A stretch of 37,882 nucleotides of DNA from positions 1-37,882 of the forward strand of contig VAWS01000002.1 in the NCBI GenBank assembly GCA_005884515.1. Direction: 5' to 3'. Positions 9,682 through 18,900 of this stretch are shown here, piece by piece. How positions within the stretch are numbered: position 1 is the first letter of the stretch; each line of letters starts with the position of its first letter. The DNA comes from Actinomycetota bacterium (GTDB lineage Bacteria; Actinomycetota; AC-67). The position numbers and the translations under genes were made by a program. Under the pieces are notes generated by a model. That model did no database searches, was not told the origin of the DNA, and saw nothing but the letters and a program-made list of their open reading frames with translations.

Positions 9682-9813
9682 ACGTTTCATGCGCATGTGA
9701 ACGCAGGATGACGTCAATGTATTTCCGCAGGTCACGGCGTATGAAACGCGGGGGCGTCCGGAACCGGAGCGACGGTAAGATGGCGCCCGACGCCGACCCG
9801 GAGAGACCGCACC

Positions 9814-12800
9814 GTGCCCTTCAAACCAGTCGACAAACAACCCGACCACGTCGGGATCGAGCACGCCGTCGGCGACCGGTGGCGACACGAACGGACGTTC
9901 GAACGGCTCCGTGAGCAGAACGAAGGGAACCAGCGCTGGTCGTTCTTCGACGGGCCGATCACGGCCAACAACCCGATGGGCGTCCACCACGCCTGGGGCC
10001 GGACGCTGAAGGACATATGGCAGCGGTACCACGGGCTGCTCGGACACGACCAGCGGTACCAGAACGGCTTCGACTGCCAAGGGCTGTGGGTCGAGGTCGA
10101 GGTCGAGAAGGCACTCGGCCTCAACTCCAAGCGCGAGATCGAAGAATACGGGCTGGACAAGTTCGCGCGCGCATGCCGCGACCGCGTCGCGAAGTACGCC
10201 GGCGTGCAGACCGAGCAGTCGCGGCGTCTCGGCCAGTGGATGGACTGGGACAACTCGTACTTCACGATGACCGACACGAACATCAGCTACATCTGGGGCT
10301 TCCTTAAAGAGTGCAACGCGCGGGGCTGGCTGTACCGCGGTCACCGGTCGATGCCGTGGTGCCCGCGATGCGGGACGTCCCTCTCGCAGCACGAGCTGAT
10401 GGACTCGTACAACGACATCACCCACCCCTCGCTGTACGTGCGCTTCCCGATCAAGGGTCGCGAGCGCGAGTACTTGATCGTCTGGACCACGACGCCGTGG
10501 ACGCTGCCGGCCAACGTCGCCGCCGCCGTTCATCCGGACGAGGACTACGTTCGCGTCGAGACGCTCAGCGGCACCGCGATCGTGGCGAAGGCGCGTCTCG
10601 AGCACGTGCCGTTGAAAGGCAAGGTGCTGGGGACCGTCAAAGGCGCAGACCTCGTCGGTGCGCGGTACGACGGCCCGTTCGACGACCTCGAAGCGCAGAA
10701 GGATGTCGAGCACCGTGTCGTGGCGTGGGACGACGTGTCGATGGAAGAAGGCACCGGGATCGTCCACATCGCGCCGGGGTGCGGCGCCGAAGACTTCGAG
10801 CTGTCGAAGCGCGAAGGGTTGCCGGCGCTGATCCCGATCGACGAAGCGGGCGCCTTCTATAAGCAGTACGGGTGGCTGCACGGGCGCCACACCGGTGAGG
10901 TCGCGCATCAGATCATCGAGCAGCTGGGCGAGCGCGGCAGGCTGCTCGAAGCGGGCGAGCTGACGCACCGCTACCCCGTGTGCTGGCGGTGCGGGACGGA
11001 GCTCGTGTACCGGCTCGTCGACGAGTGGTTCATCTCCTCCGACGGCGTGCGGCAGCCGATGATCGACACCGCGCGCACCGTGCACTGGCAGCCGCCCCAA
11101 TACGGAAAGCGCATGGAGGACTGGCTGCGCAACATGGGCGACTGGTGCATCAGCCGCAAGCGCTACTGGGGCTTGCCGCTCCCCTTCTACTTCTGCGATT
11201 CCGGTCACATGACGATCGTCGGATCGAAAGACGACCTGCTCGCGCGCGCGCTGCGCGGCACCGAGCACCTCGAAGAGCTACACCGGCCGTGGATCGACGA
11301 GATCGTCATCACCTGCGACGAGTGCGGCGAGGAAGCCGTACGTGTGAAGGACGTCGGTGACTGCTGGCTCGACGCCGGCATCGTCCCGTTCTCGACGCTC
11401 GGCTACAAGAACCCGCAGTGGATCGACCACGGCTACTCCACCGGTTCCGGCGAAAACCTGAGCCGCGCGGACCTGCCCAACCACGAGCATTGGGAGAAGT
11501 GGTTTCCGGCCGATTGGATCAGCGAATCTCGCGAGCAGATCCGGCTGTGGTTCTACTCGATGCTCTTCATGAGCGTCGTGCTGGAAGGGCGCGCGCCCTA
11601 CGAGCGCGTGCTGACGTACGAGCGCGTGACCGACGAGACCGGCCGCCCGATGCACAAGTCCTGGGGCAACGCGATCTGGTTCGACGACGCGGTCGAGTCG
11701 ATCGGCGCCGACGTGATGCGGTGGCTGTACGCCGCACAGGTCCCGTCGCAGAACCTCGGCTTCGGGTACGGGCCGGCGAACGAGGTCAAGCGCAGGCTGC
11801 TCACGCTGTGGAACACGTACTCGTTCTTCGTCATCTACGCGAACATCGACGGCTTCACGCCGCGGTTCGAAACGCTGTCGGCCGGGCCGCGCGCGACGAA
11901 CGCGCGCCCGCTCGACCGGTGGATCCTCGCGCGCACCCAGCACGTGATCGGGGCATGCGGCGCGGCGCTGGACGACTTCGACTCACCACGTTTCGTGCGG
12001 CTCGTCGAGACGTACTGGGAGGACCTCTCGAACTGGTACGTGCGCCTCTCTCGGTCCCGTTTCTGGAAATCGGAAGACGACGCGGACAAGAAGGTCGCGT
12101 ACGAGACGTTGTGGTACTGCCTCGTCCAGGCGACCCGTCTGATCGCGCCGGTCATGCCGTTCCTCGCCGACGAGATGTGGTCCAACCTCGTGGCAGGCGT
12201 CTGCGAAGACGCGCCGGCGAGCATCCACCTGGCCGGATACCCCATGGTCGATGACGCGCTCGCCGACGATGCCTTGCTCGACGAGATGGAGGCGGTGCGC
12301 GCGGTGGTCGAGCTGGGCCGCGCGGCGCGCGACAACGCCAACCTGAAGGTCCGGCAACCGCTGCGCGCGGTGATCGTCGCGACCGAAGACGACACGCGTC
12401 GCCGGCAGCTCGCGATGCACCTCGACCTGATCCGCGAAGAGCTGAACGTGAAAGACGTCGTGCTGGCCACGTCGGCCGAAGATTTCGCGCAAACCGAAGT
12501 GATGCCGAACTTCCGGCTGCTCGGGCAGAAGTATCGGAAAGACGTCGGCCGCATCCAACAGCTGCTGAAGGACGGCGCCTTCGAGCGCGCCGACGGTGAG
12601 GTCAAGGTCGGCAACTGGGTGCTGACCGCGGACGAGGTCGAGGTGCGGACGCGCGCGCGCGAAGGCTTCGCCGTCGTCGACGGCGGGGGGTTCGCGGTCG
12701 CGCTGGACACGGAGATCACGCCGGAGCTCGCGCTGGAAGGGCGCGCGCGCGACCTCATCCGTGAGATCCAAGACATGCGCAAGCAGGGTGGCCTCGAGAT

Positions 12801-12933
12801 GACCGACCGCATCAGGATCCTGTACCCGGAGCAGCACGCCGCGACGTTCGACGCGCACGGCGAGCGGATCAAGGTCGAGACGCTGGCCCTATCAGCCGAG
12901 CAGGGCGAGAACCTCGCGATCGAACGCATATGA
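9814..12933 (+). CDS. ileS: Isoleucine--tRNA ligase, type 2
   Basis: DGPITAN..MGVHH, GFDCQGL.VE, WTTTPWTLPAN, GTGIVHIAPG, DWCISRKRYWG, PMHKS, anticodon-binding domain; 1039 aa. Confidence 0.97.
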   Translation: MPFKPVDKQPDHVGIEHAVGDRWRHERTFERLREQNEGNQRWSFFDGPITANNPMGVHHAWGRTLKDIWQRYHGLLGHDQRYQNGFDCQGLWVEVEVEKALGLNSKREIEEYGLDKFARACRDRVAKYAGVQTEQSRRLGQWMDWDNSYFTMTDTNISYIWGFLKECNARGWLYRGHRSMPWCPRCGTSLSQHELMDSYNDITHPSLYVRFPIKGREREYLIVWTTTPWTLPANVAAAVHPDEDYVRVETLSGTAIVAKARLEHVPLKGKVLGTVKGADLVGARYDGPFDDLEAQKDVEHRVVAWDDVSMEEGTGIVHIAPGCGAEDFELSKREGLPALIPIDEAGAFYKQYGWLHGRHTGEVAHQIIEQLGERGRLLEAGELTHRYPVCWRCGTELVYRLVDEWFISSDGVRQPMIDTARTVHWQPPQYGKRMEDWLRNMGDWCISRKRYWGLPLPFYFCDSGHMTIVGSKDDLLARALRGTEHLEELHRPWIDEIVITCDECGEEAVRVKDVGDCWLDAGIVPFSTLGYKNPQWIDHGYSTGSGENLSRADLPNHEHWEKWFPADWISESREQIRLWFYSMLFMSVVLEGRAPYERVLTYERVTDETGRPMHKSWGNAIWFDDAVESIGADVMRWLYAAQVPSQNLGFGYGPANEVKRRLLTLWNTYSFFVIYANIDGFTPRFETLSAGPRATNARPLDRWILARTQHVIGACGAALDDFDSPRFVRLVETYWEDLSNWYVRLSRSRFWKSEDDADKKVAYETLWYCLVQATRLIAPVMPFLADEMWSNLVAGVCEDAPASIHLAGYPMVDDALADDALLDEMEAVRAVVELGRAARDNANLKVRQPLRAVIVATEDDTRRRQLAMHLDLIREELNVKDVVLATSAEDFAQTEVMPNFRLLGQKYRKDVGRIQQLLKDGAFERADGEVKVGNWVLTADEVEVRTRAREGFAVVDGGGFAVALDTEITPELALEGRARDLIREIQDMRKQGGLEMTDRIRILYPEQHAATFDAHGERIKVETLALSAEQGENLAIERI

Positions 12934-13934
12934 AGAACGTCGGGGTCGCCGGGCTTCCCGGCGCCGGTGCGAGCACGATCTTCACCGCGCTCACGTCGCT
13001 CGAAGGCGCCGCGCCTGGCAAGAGCAACCAAGCCGTCGTCCCCGTTCCCGACGAGCGCGTCGACGTCCTGACGAAGCTGCACGACTCGAAGAAGTCCGTG
13101 TACGCCACGCTCCGCTTCGTCGAGACGTCGGGCATGGTGCGCAAGGGCTCGCGCGGGGCCGGTTCGCTGTCCGCCGAGCTGCTCGGGCACCTGCGCGCGT
13201 CCGACGCGCTGCTGCTCGTCGCGCGCGCGTTCGGCGGCGCCGACCCGGCGACCGACCTCGGCGATCTGACCCTCGAGCTCATCTACGCGGACCTCGACTC
13301 GGTCGGCGCGAAGGTGCAACGGGACGCGAAAGCTGCTCGGACGGCGGACGAGAAGCGAGCGGTGGAGTCGCTGGAGCGCGCGCGCGGCATGCTCGAATCC
13401 GGCACGCCCTTACGCGACCAGACCTGGGACGACGTCGAGCTTGCCGCGTTCCAAGGGATGGCGCTGCTGACGCTGAAGCCGGTGGTAGTCGTCGCGAACG
13501 TCGACGAGGACGCGGCCGGGAAACCGCTGCCCGTGGCCATGGTGCCGGTGGCCGGCGCGCTCGAGACGGAAGTGGCCGGCATGGACCCGGTGGAAGCGGC
13601 CGAGCTGCTCGCGTCGTTCGGCCTCGAAGAGCGCGGGCTCGCGCGCGTGATCCGTGCCGTCTACGAGACGCTCGACCTTCTGACGTTCTTAACGGCCGGC
13701 GATACCGAGTCGCGCGCGTGGGAAGTCCGTCGGGGCGCGACCGCGCCGGAGGCCGCCGGCGTGATCCATTCCGACTTCCAGCGCGGCTTCATCCGCGCGG
13801 AGGTCGTCGCGTACGACGCGCTGGTCGACGCGGGATCGTGGAACGCTGCGCGCGCGAAAGGACTCGTGCGGCAGGAAGGCAAGAGCTACGTGATGCGCGA
13901 AGGCGACGTCGTCGAGTTCCGGTTCGCCGTCTGA
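12930..13934 (+). CDS. ychF: YchF/DUF933 family protein with degenerate NTPase motifs
   Basis: VPVPDERV, LLTLKP.VVVANVDE, TFLTAG..ESRAW....ATAPEAAGVIHSDFQRGFIRAEV, EGKSYVMREGDVVEFRF. G1 reads GLPGAGAST. Confidence 0.85.
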   Translation: MKNVGVAGLPGAGASTIFTALTSLEGAAPGKSNQAVVPVPDERVDVLTKLHDSKKSVYATLRFVETSGMVRKGSRGAGSLSAELLGHLRASDALLLVARAFGGADPATDLGDLTLELIYADLDSVGAKVQRDAKAARTADEKRAVESLERARGMLESGTPLRDQTWDDVELAAFQGMALLTLKPVVVVANVDEDAAGKPLPVAMVPVAGALETEVAGMDPVEAAELLASFGLEERGLARVIRAVYETLDLLTFLTAGDTESRAWEVRRGATAPEAAGVIHSDFQRGFIRAEVVAYDALVDAGSWNAARAKGLVRQEGKSYVMREGDVVEFRFAV

Positions 13935-13937
13935 GCG

Positions 13938-14552
13938 TTACCGCGCGCTGGGCTTGCGCGGCGCGGCCTTCTTCGGAGCAGCTTTCTTGGCTGTCGCATT
14001 CTTGGCCGTGGTCTTCGCCGCCGGCTTGCGCGCGGTTGCCTTCTTCGGAGCTGCTTTCTTCGCCACCGCGCTCTTCGCCGCGCTCTTCGCCGCGCTCTTG
14101 GCGGCCGCTTTCTTCGGCGCAGCTTTCTTCGCCGCCGGCTTGCGCGCGGCAGGCTTGCGCGTCGTCGTGCGCCGGACGGGCGCCGGCTCGGGAACGATGT
14201 CGTAGGACTCGGTGTCGGGAGCTCCGAAGAAGTCTTCGCGCGCTTCGTCCAGGTCGAGCGGCTCGGCGGCGGCAGACTCAGACTCGAGCGCAGGCACCGG
14301 CTCCATCTCGCGCATATCGTCCGGGAGCGCGGGCGCGACGTATGCCTCCATCTCCGGAGCAGAGACCGACAGGCCGCCGGAGGCGATCGCCGGACGCTTG
14401 CGCGAGTCGCGCATCACGCCGACGAGGAGGAGTACCGCGGCCGCAACGCTGCAGCCGATAGAGGCGCCGATCATCTGCAGCCCGGTCGAGAACACACCGA
14501 CCAGGAACGTCGCTATTGCTGCGGCAAGGAAAAGGACGCTAGTGGCGATCAC
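13938..14552 (-). CDS. Hypothetical membrane protein: two N-terminal TM helices, acidic linker, histone-H1-like AAKK/APKK tail
   Basis: Hydrophobic residues ~1-46; acidic middle; C-terminal repeats KPAA/KKAA/AKSA. AGGAGG upstream of the GTG. Confidence 0.75.
   Translation of the reverse strand: MIATSVLFLAAAIATFLVGVFSTGLQMIGASIGCSVAAAVLLLVGVMRDSRKRPAIASGGLSVSAPEMEAYVAPALPDDMREMEPVPALESESAAAEPLDLDEAREDFFGAPDTESYDIVPEPAPVRRTTTRKPAARKPAAKKAAPKKAAAKSAAKSAAKSAVAKKAAPKKATARKPAAKTTAKNATAKKAAPKKAAPRKPSAR
14067..14102. repeat. 12-bp tandem repeat x3 (CGCGCTCTTCGC) encoding AKSA in the basic tail
   Basis: Two exact copies and one copy with a single mismatch. Confidence 0.85.
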
Positions 14553-14680
14553 TGGGGAAGCACTCCTCCTGAAAACACGACCGACCTTCGACCTTCTGTA
14601 ACGCGCGACCGACGGCGCGGGATACTACCCGGTGACCCAAGCCCTCGCCATAATTCCGGGAAATCGGGCCATTTACTCGG

Positions 14681-15097
14681 CTATTCACCTGCCCAGAAGG
14701 GCTCGCGCTGCTCGGCGACCGGGGCCTCCGGCGCGGGGGCCTGCGGCGCGTCGCGCTCGATCTTCTGGACGGTGGCCGAGGGCGTCGCCGCCTCCAGCTG
14801 CTTGATCTGCTCTTCCAGGAATCGCCTGACGCGCGTACGCACTTCGTTCTCGACGCGCTGGGGATCGTCGGTCGCTGCGTGAACCGGCCCGGGAGCGGGT
14901 GGACCCCGACCCTCACGCAGCCGTGCCACTTCCTGCTGAAGCGCCGCGATGCGCACCTTCATCTTCTGGTTGTCCTCGGCGAGCTTCGTGAACTCCTCCA
15001 CGACCTCGTCGAGGAAAAGGTCCACGTCCGCCTGGTTGTAGCCGCGGAGCGCTTCGCGGAATTCCTTGCGGACGATGTCTTGGGGGTTCAGCGGCAT
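14681..15097 (-). CDS. divIVA: DivIVA domain protein (short)
   Basis: MPLNPQDIVRKEFREALRGYNQADVDLFLDEV, then a coiled coil and VENEVRTRVRRFLEEQIKQLE; located after yggT. Confidence 0.88.
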   Translation of the reverse strand: MPLNPQDIVRKEFREALRGYNQADVDLFLDEVVEEFTKLAEDNQKMKVRIAALQQEVARLREGRGPPAPGPVHAATDDPQRVENEVRTRVRRFLEEQIKQLEAATPSATVQKIERDAPQAPAPEAPVAEQREPFWAGE

Positions 15098-15110
15098 CGG
15101 TATCAAGCCC

Positions 15111-15395
15111 TCAACAGCGTGCGACCGCGCCCCGCAGGAGCGCGACGATCAGGAAGACTAACAATATCGACACGTCGAGCGCACCGGAGCCGATCCTGAT
15201 GGGGGGTATCAGCCGCCGGAACGGACGCAAGACCGGCTCGGTGACTGCGTTGACCGCCCGGATGATCGGATACAGCCACTCGGGAGGCCGAGTAAGCGCC
15301 ACGACCCAGGACAGGATGACCGCGGCGATAAGGAAGTAGAAGAAGATCGAAAGGATGAAGTAGAGGACACCACATCCTGTGAATGCCTCGAGGAT
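15111..15395 (-). CDS. yggT: YggT/SepG family membrane protein (start codon uncertain)
   Basis: VLYFILSIFFYFLIAAVILSWV...VTEPVLRPFRRLIPPIRIG.GALDVS. Frame is open back to the sepF stop; ATC 15395 follows GGAG. Confidence 0.85.
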   Translation of the reverse strand: MLEAFTGCGVLYFILSIFFYFLIAAVILSWVVALTRPPEWLYPIIRAVNAVTEPVLRPFRRLIPPIRIGSGALDVSILLVFLIVALLRGAVARC

Positions 15396-15404
15396 GACTG
15401 CTCC

Positions 15405-15890
15405 CTAGAACTCGCCGAACAGGCCGTGCTCCACCAGTCGGCGCTTCTCGTCGGCGGAAACCTCCATGTTGAACGGCGTCAGCAGGAAGACCTGCTCCCC
15501 CACCTTCTGCATCCGGCCGTTCAAGCCGTAGACCAGGCCGCTCGCGAACTGAAGGATCTTCGGAGCGTGCTTCTGCTCGGTCATGCGCAGATTGATGATG
15601 ACCGGAACGCCGCCCTTGAACTGGTCGGCGAATTCCTGTGCGTCGTCGAAGATCCGGGGTTCCACGACGCGGATCTGCCGCGGCGCCGCGGTCGGGATCG
15701 AGCGGACGACGCCACCGCGGCCGGCCGGGTGCCGGTCTTCGTTGTGTGAACGCTCTTCACGACGGACGGTCCGGACCATCTGTGCTTCGTCGCGACGCGG
15801 TGTGTCTTCGTCGACGAGGCTCTCGTCGAACTCCTCTTCCTCGTCCATGAGTCCGAGGCCCACCAGCGTCTTTTTCCACATCTCACGCAT
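15405..15890 (-). CDS. sepF: Cell division protein SepF
   Basis: WKKTLVGLGL, VVEPRIFDDAQEFADQFK.G.PVIINL, FASGLVYGLNG.MQKV..VFLLTP. Confidence 0.95.
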   Translation of the reverse strand: MREMWKKTLVGLGLMDEEEEFDESLVDEDTPRRDEAQMVRTVRREERSHNEDRHPAGRGGVVRSIPTAAPRQIRVVEPRIFDDAQEFADQFKGGVPVIINLRMTEQKHAPKILQFASGLVYGLNGRMQKVGEQVFLLTPFNMEVSADEKRRLVEHGLFGEF

Positions 15891-15964
15891 CGTCTACCCC
15901 TCCCGCCCGCGCGGTTGCCCCAAGCCTAAGACACTCCGGCCCCGAACGTCGTGAACGGGGACGA

Positions 15965-16675
15965 TCAATTTCCCGACCTCGACGCTTTTGCGCCGGGATG
16001 CGGCGCGCGCGCGCCGAATATCGCCGTCCCGATCCGCACGATCGTGGCTCCTTCTTCGATCGCGACCTCGAAATCCTCGGTCATACCCATCGACAGCTCC
16101 GTGACGTCGGGCGCGCGCTCTCGTATCGCGTCTCTCAGCTCTCGCAGCGCCCGGAACGCCCGGCGTGCCGCCGAGGGTTCGCCTTGCGGCGCGATCGTCA
16201 TGAGACCGCAGAGTCGAAGTCCGTCCACATCGAGCAGCTTTGTCGCCGTTTCGAGCGCGCCGGCCGGCGAAACTCCGTGCTTCGTCGCCTCATCCCCGGT
16301 GTTCACCTCCAGCAGCACGTCCTGGGTGGCCCCTTTCACTTCGGTCCGTCGCCCGATCACCTCGCCGAGCGATGCTGAGTCCACGCTGTGGATGAGCACG
16401 ATGCGCCCGACGACCTGCGCGACCTTGTTCCTTTGGAGCGTTCCGATCATGTGCCAACGAATGTCGAGGTCCGGTAGCGCTGCCTGCTTCTTCTTCAGCT
16501 CCTGGACCCGGTTCTCGCCGAGATCCGCGAGGCCGAAGGTCACCCCTTCTCTCGCCGCGTCGACGCCGACGTCCTTCGTCACCCCGACCAGCGTGATCTC
16601 ACGTGGATCGCGCCCCACGCGCTGCGCCGCCGCGTCGATGCGCGCGCGAACGGCGGTCAGGTTCTCGGCGATCAT
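15965..16675 (-). CDS. yggS: PLP homeostasis protein YggS/PROSC
   Basis: [58 protein letters not shown]. Confidence 0.95.
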   Translation of the reverse strand: MIAENLTAVRARIDAAAQRVGRDPREITLVGVTKDVGVDAAREGVTFGLADLGENRVQELKKKQAALPDLDIRWHMIGTLQRNKVAQVVGRIVLIHSVDSASLGEVIGRRTEVKGATQDVLLEVNTGDEATKHGVSPAGALETATKLLDVDGLRLCGLMTIAPQGEPSAARRAFRALRELRDAIRERAPDVTELSMGMTEDFEVAIEEGATIVRIGTAIFGARAPHPGAKASRSGN

Positions 16676-17466
16676 GCCGCATCGATCGTCGCGAGGAGCC
16701 CTTGACGCGCGGCGTGCCCGGCGCGATGGCTGAAGAACCTATGCGGCTCGCACCGCGTGCACAGCGCGGACAGATGGATCGAGGCGACGCCGGCACGCCG
16801 GAGCGCGATGCGCGCGCCTCCCCACAGATCGACGCGCATCGTCCCGTTGCGGCGCTCTACGTCTGGGCCGAGTGCCGCGCGCGCAGGTTCGGCAACGTCG
16901 TCGCCGACCTCGTAGCAGCACGGTCCGATCGACGGGCCGATGAACGCCATCAGCGCATCGGGTGCGCCCATGGCGCGCACGGTCGCTTCGATCACGCCGC
17001 TCGTCATTCCCCGCCAGCCCGCGTGCACCGTTGCGATGCGGCGGGCGGCCGGATCGACAAGGAGGACGGGAACGCAATCGGCGATCAGAACCGCAAGGAC
17101 GACGCCCGGCTCGTCGGTCCATAGAGCATCGATCCCGGGCAGCGTCGTTTCGGGAGAATCGGCGCCGGCTCCCTTGCGTTCACCATCGACGCGCACCGTT
17201 TCCGCGCCGTGAACCTGCCGGCCGCTCGTCCACGACGCCGGATCGCCGCCGATCACCGCCATCGCGCGCGCGCGGTTCGCCATCACGACGTCCGGATCGT
17301 CGCCGGAGAAAAAGGACAGGTTCAGCGACGAGAACGGGTCGCCGCTGAACCCCCCATGCCGCGTGGTGAACGCAATGCGGATGCCCGCGCTCTCGAGCGC
17401 GGGCACCGCGAGATATGCACCGGGCGAGGCGTCGCCTCGCGCGGGGAAGGCGCGCCAGGCGAACAC
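16672..17466 (-). CDS. pgeF: Peptidoglycan editing factor PgeF/YfiH (purine nucleoside phosphorylase)
   Basis: [45 protein letters not shown] start at 17466. Confidence 0.93.
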   Translation of the reverse strand: MFAWRAFPARGDASPGAYLAVPALESAGIRIAFTTRHGGFSGDPFSSLNLSFFSGDDPDVVMANRARAMAVIGGDPASWTSGRQVHGAETVRVDGERKGAGADSPETTLPGIDALWTDEPGVVLAVLIADCVPVLLVDPAARRIATVHAGWRGMTSGVIEATVRAMGAPDALMAFIGPSIGPCCYEVGDDVAEPARAALGPDVERRNGTMRVDLWGGARIALRRAGVASIHLSALCTRCEPHRFFSHRAGHAARQGLLATIDAA

Positions 17467-17470
17467 CTCT

Positions 17471-18556
17471 TTACCGCCGGAGGAACGACGGGATGTCTTC
17501 GAGCTCCTCGTCGGCGTCGAACACGACGGTCCGGCGAGGCGCTTCCGTCCCGAGATCCAGCTCTTCGTCCTCTTCGAGCGCGAGCGCACCCGAAACGTCC
17601 CGGCTCGACCACCGCTCGAACCCGGCCGCGATCACCGTCACCCGGACTTCGTCGCCGAGCGAATCGTCGATCGCCGCTCCGAAGATCACGTTCGCTTCCG
17701 GGTGCGCGTGGTCGCTGATGATGCGCGCAGCTTCGTTCACCTCGTACAGCGTGAGGTCGCTGCCGCCGGTGATGTTGAGCAGGATGCCGCGCGCGCCGTC
17801 GATCGACGTCTCCAGCAACGGGCTCGACACGGCCGCGCGCGCCGCTTCAACGGCACGGTCGTCGCCGCGCGCGTGACCGACGCCCATCAACGCCGAGCCG
17901 GCGTCGGTGAGGATCGCCTTCACGTCGGCGAAGTCGAGGTTGATGAGACCCGGCGTGGTGATCAGGTCGGTGATGCCTTGCACGCCCTGGAGCAGCACCA
18001 TGTCCGCCATCTTGAACGCGTCGAGGATCGTCGTGTTCTCGTCTGCGACGTCGAGCAACCGGTCGTTCGGGATGATGATGAGCGTGTCGACCTTGTTCTT
18101 CAGCTCTTGGATGCCGCGCTCGGCCTGCTCCGCACGCACCTTGCGCTCGAAGGAGAACGGACGGGTGACGACGCCGATCGTCAGAGCGCCGAGCGACTTC
18201 GCGATCTCTGCCACGACGGGCGCGCCGCCGGTCCCCGTGCCGCCGCCTTCTCCTGCGGTGACGAAGACCATGTCGGCACCTTTCAGAACTTCCTCGATCG
18301 TCTCGCGCGCCTCGCCGACGGCCGTGCGGCCCGTCTCGGGGTTGGAGCCGGCGCCGAGGCCTCGTGTGATCTCACGGCCGATGTCGAGCTTTAGGTCGGC
18401 ATCTGACATCAGCAACGCTTGCGCGTCGGTGTTGATGGCGATGAACTCGACGCCCTTCAGGCCTTCTTCGATCATCCGGTTGACGGCGTTCACGCCGCCG
18501 CCGCCGATGCCGACGACCTTGATCACCGCGAGGTAGTTCTGCGGTGTCGCTGCCAT
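17471..18556 (-). CDS. ftsZ: Cell division protein FtsZ
   Basis: [36 protein letters not shown]-terminal [11 protein letters not shown] after AAGGAGG. Confidence 0.99.
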   Translation of the reverse strand: MAATPQNYLAVIKVVGIGGGGVNAVNRMIEEGLKGVEFIAINTDAQALLMSDADLKLDIGREITRGLGAGSNPETGRTAVGEARETIEEVLKGADMVFVTAGEGGGTGTGGAPVVAEIAKSLGALTIGVVTRPFSFERKVRAEQAERGIQELKNKVDTLIIIPNDRLLDVADENTTILDAFKMADMVLLQGVQGITDLITTPGLINLDFADVKAILTDAGSALMGVGHARGDDRAVEAARAAVSSPLLETSIDGARGILLNITGGSDLTLYEVNEAARIISDHAHPEANVIFGAAIDDSLGDEVRVTVIAAGFERWSSRDVSGALALEEDEELDLGTEAPRRTVVFDADEELEDIPSFLRR

Positions 18557-18817
18557 ACCCGTCGCCTCCTTCTCGGTCCGTCGGACCGAACGTCGAGCCA
18601 TTCGTCTTCAAGCTCACCGGCATCGCCGGTGAGTGTTCGTGCCTTCCGCTTTCGCGGAAGCGCGTGCGCGCGCGGATGAAGTGCTCGTTGAACCTTCGGC
18701 CGTGTGCGCTGGGGAAGACGCGCGATCGAGGCAGATCGGGTTGTCAATGCAGGTCAGGAGCGGTGTTAACGTTCAACTTGAGGTTGAATAATCTGTAAAC
18801 CTCGAGTGACGGTCGAG

Positions 18818-18847
18818 AATGTACAACGCGCCTCTACCTCAAGTCAA
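18818..18847 (-). promoter_or_regulatory. ftsZ promoter (TTGACT-18-TACATT)
   Basis: -35 at 18847-18842 and -10 at 18823-18818, in the ftsQ-ftsZ gap. Confidence 0.6.
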
Positions 18848-18900
18848 CACAAAGACTACGAAAAAATCGCGGTGTCGACACTCGTAGCGCGCGAAATGAG

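Noticed and set aside
9750-9813. T-box riboswitch expected upstream of actinobacterial ileS
   Set aside because: No GGTGGnACCGCG T-box sequence, and the leader after the TAAGAT -10 is too short.
8854-11268. 804-aa ORF ending in DksA
   Set aside because: The upstream part is the antisense shadow of ileS; the SD and promoter support a start at 9597.
9814-13934. ileS-ychF on the opposite strand as a possible inversion or insertion
   Set aside because: Opposite-strand ileS between divIVA and dksA/lspA is also seen in Streptomyces; no flanking repeats or recombinase.
13950-14160. Repetitive DNA as a possible CRISPR or non-coding array
   Set aside because: No repeat-spacer structure; explained by the Lys/Ala-rich protein tail.
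15103-15375. 90-aa ATG-started ORF overlapping yggT
   Set aside because: Wrong frame; the YggT motifs are in the frame ending at 15111.
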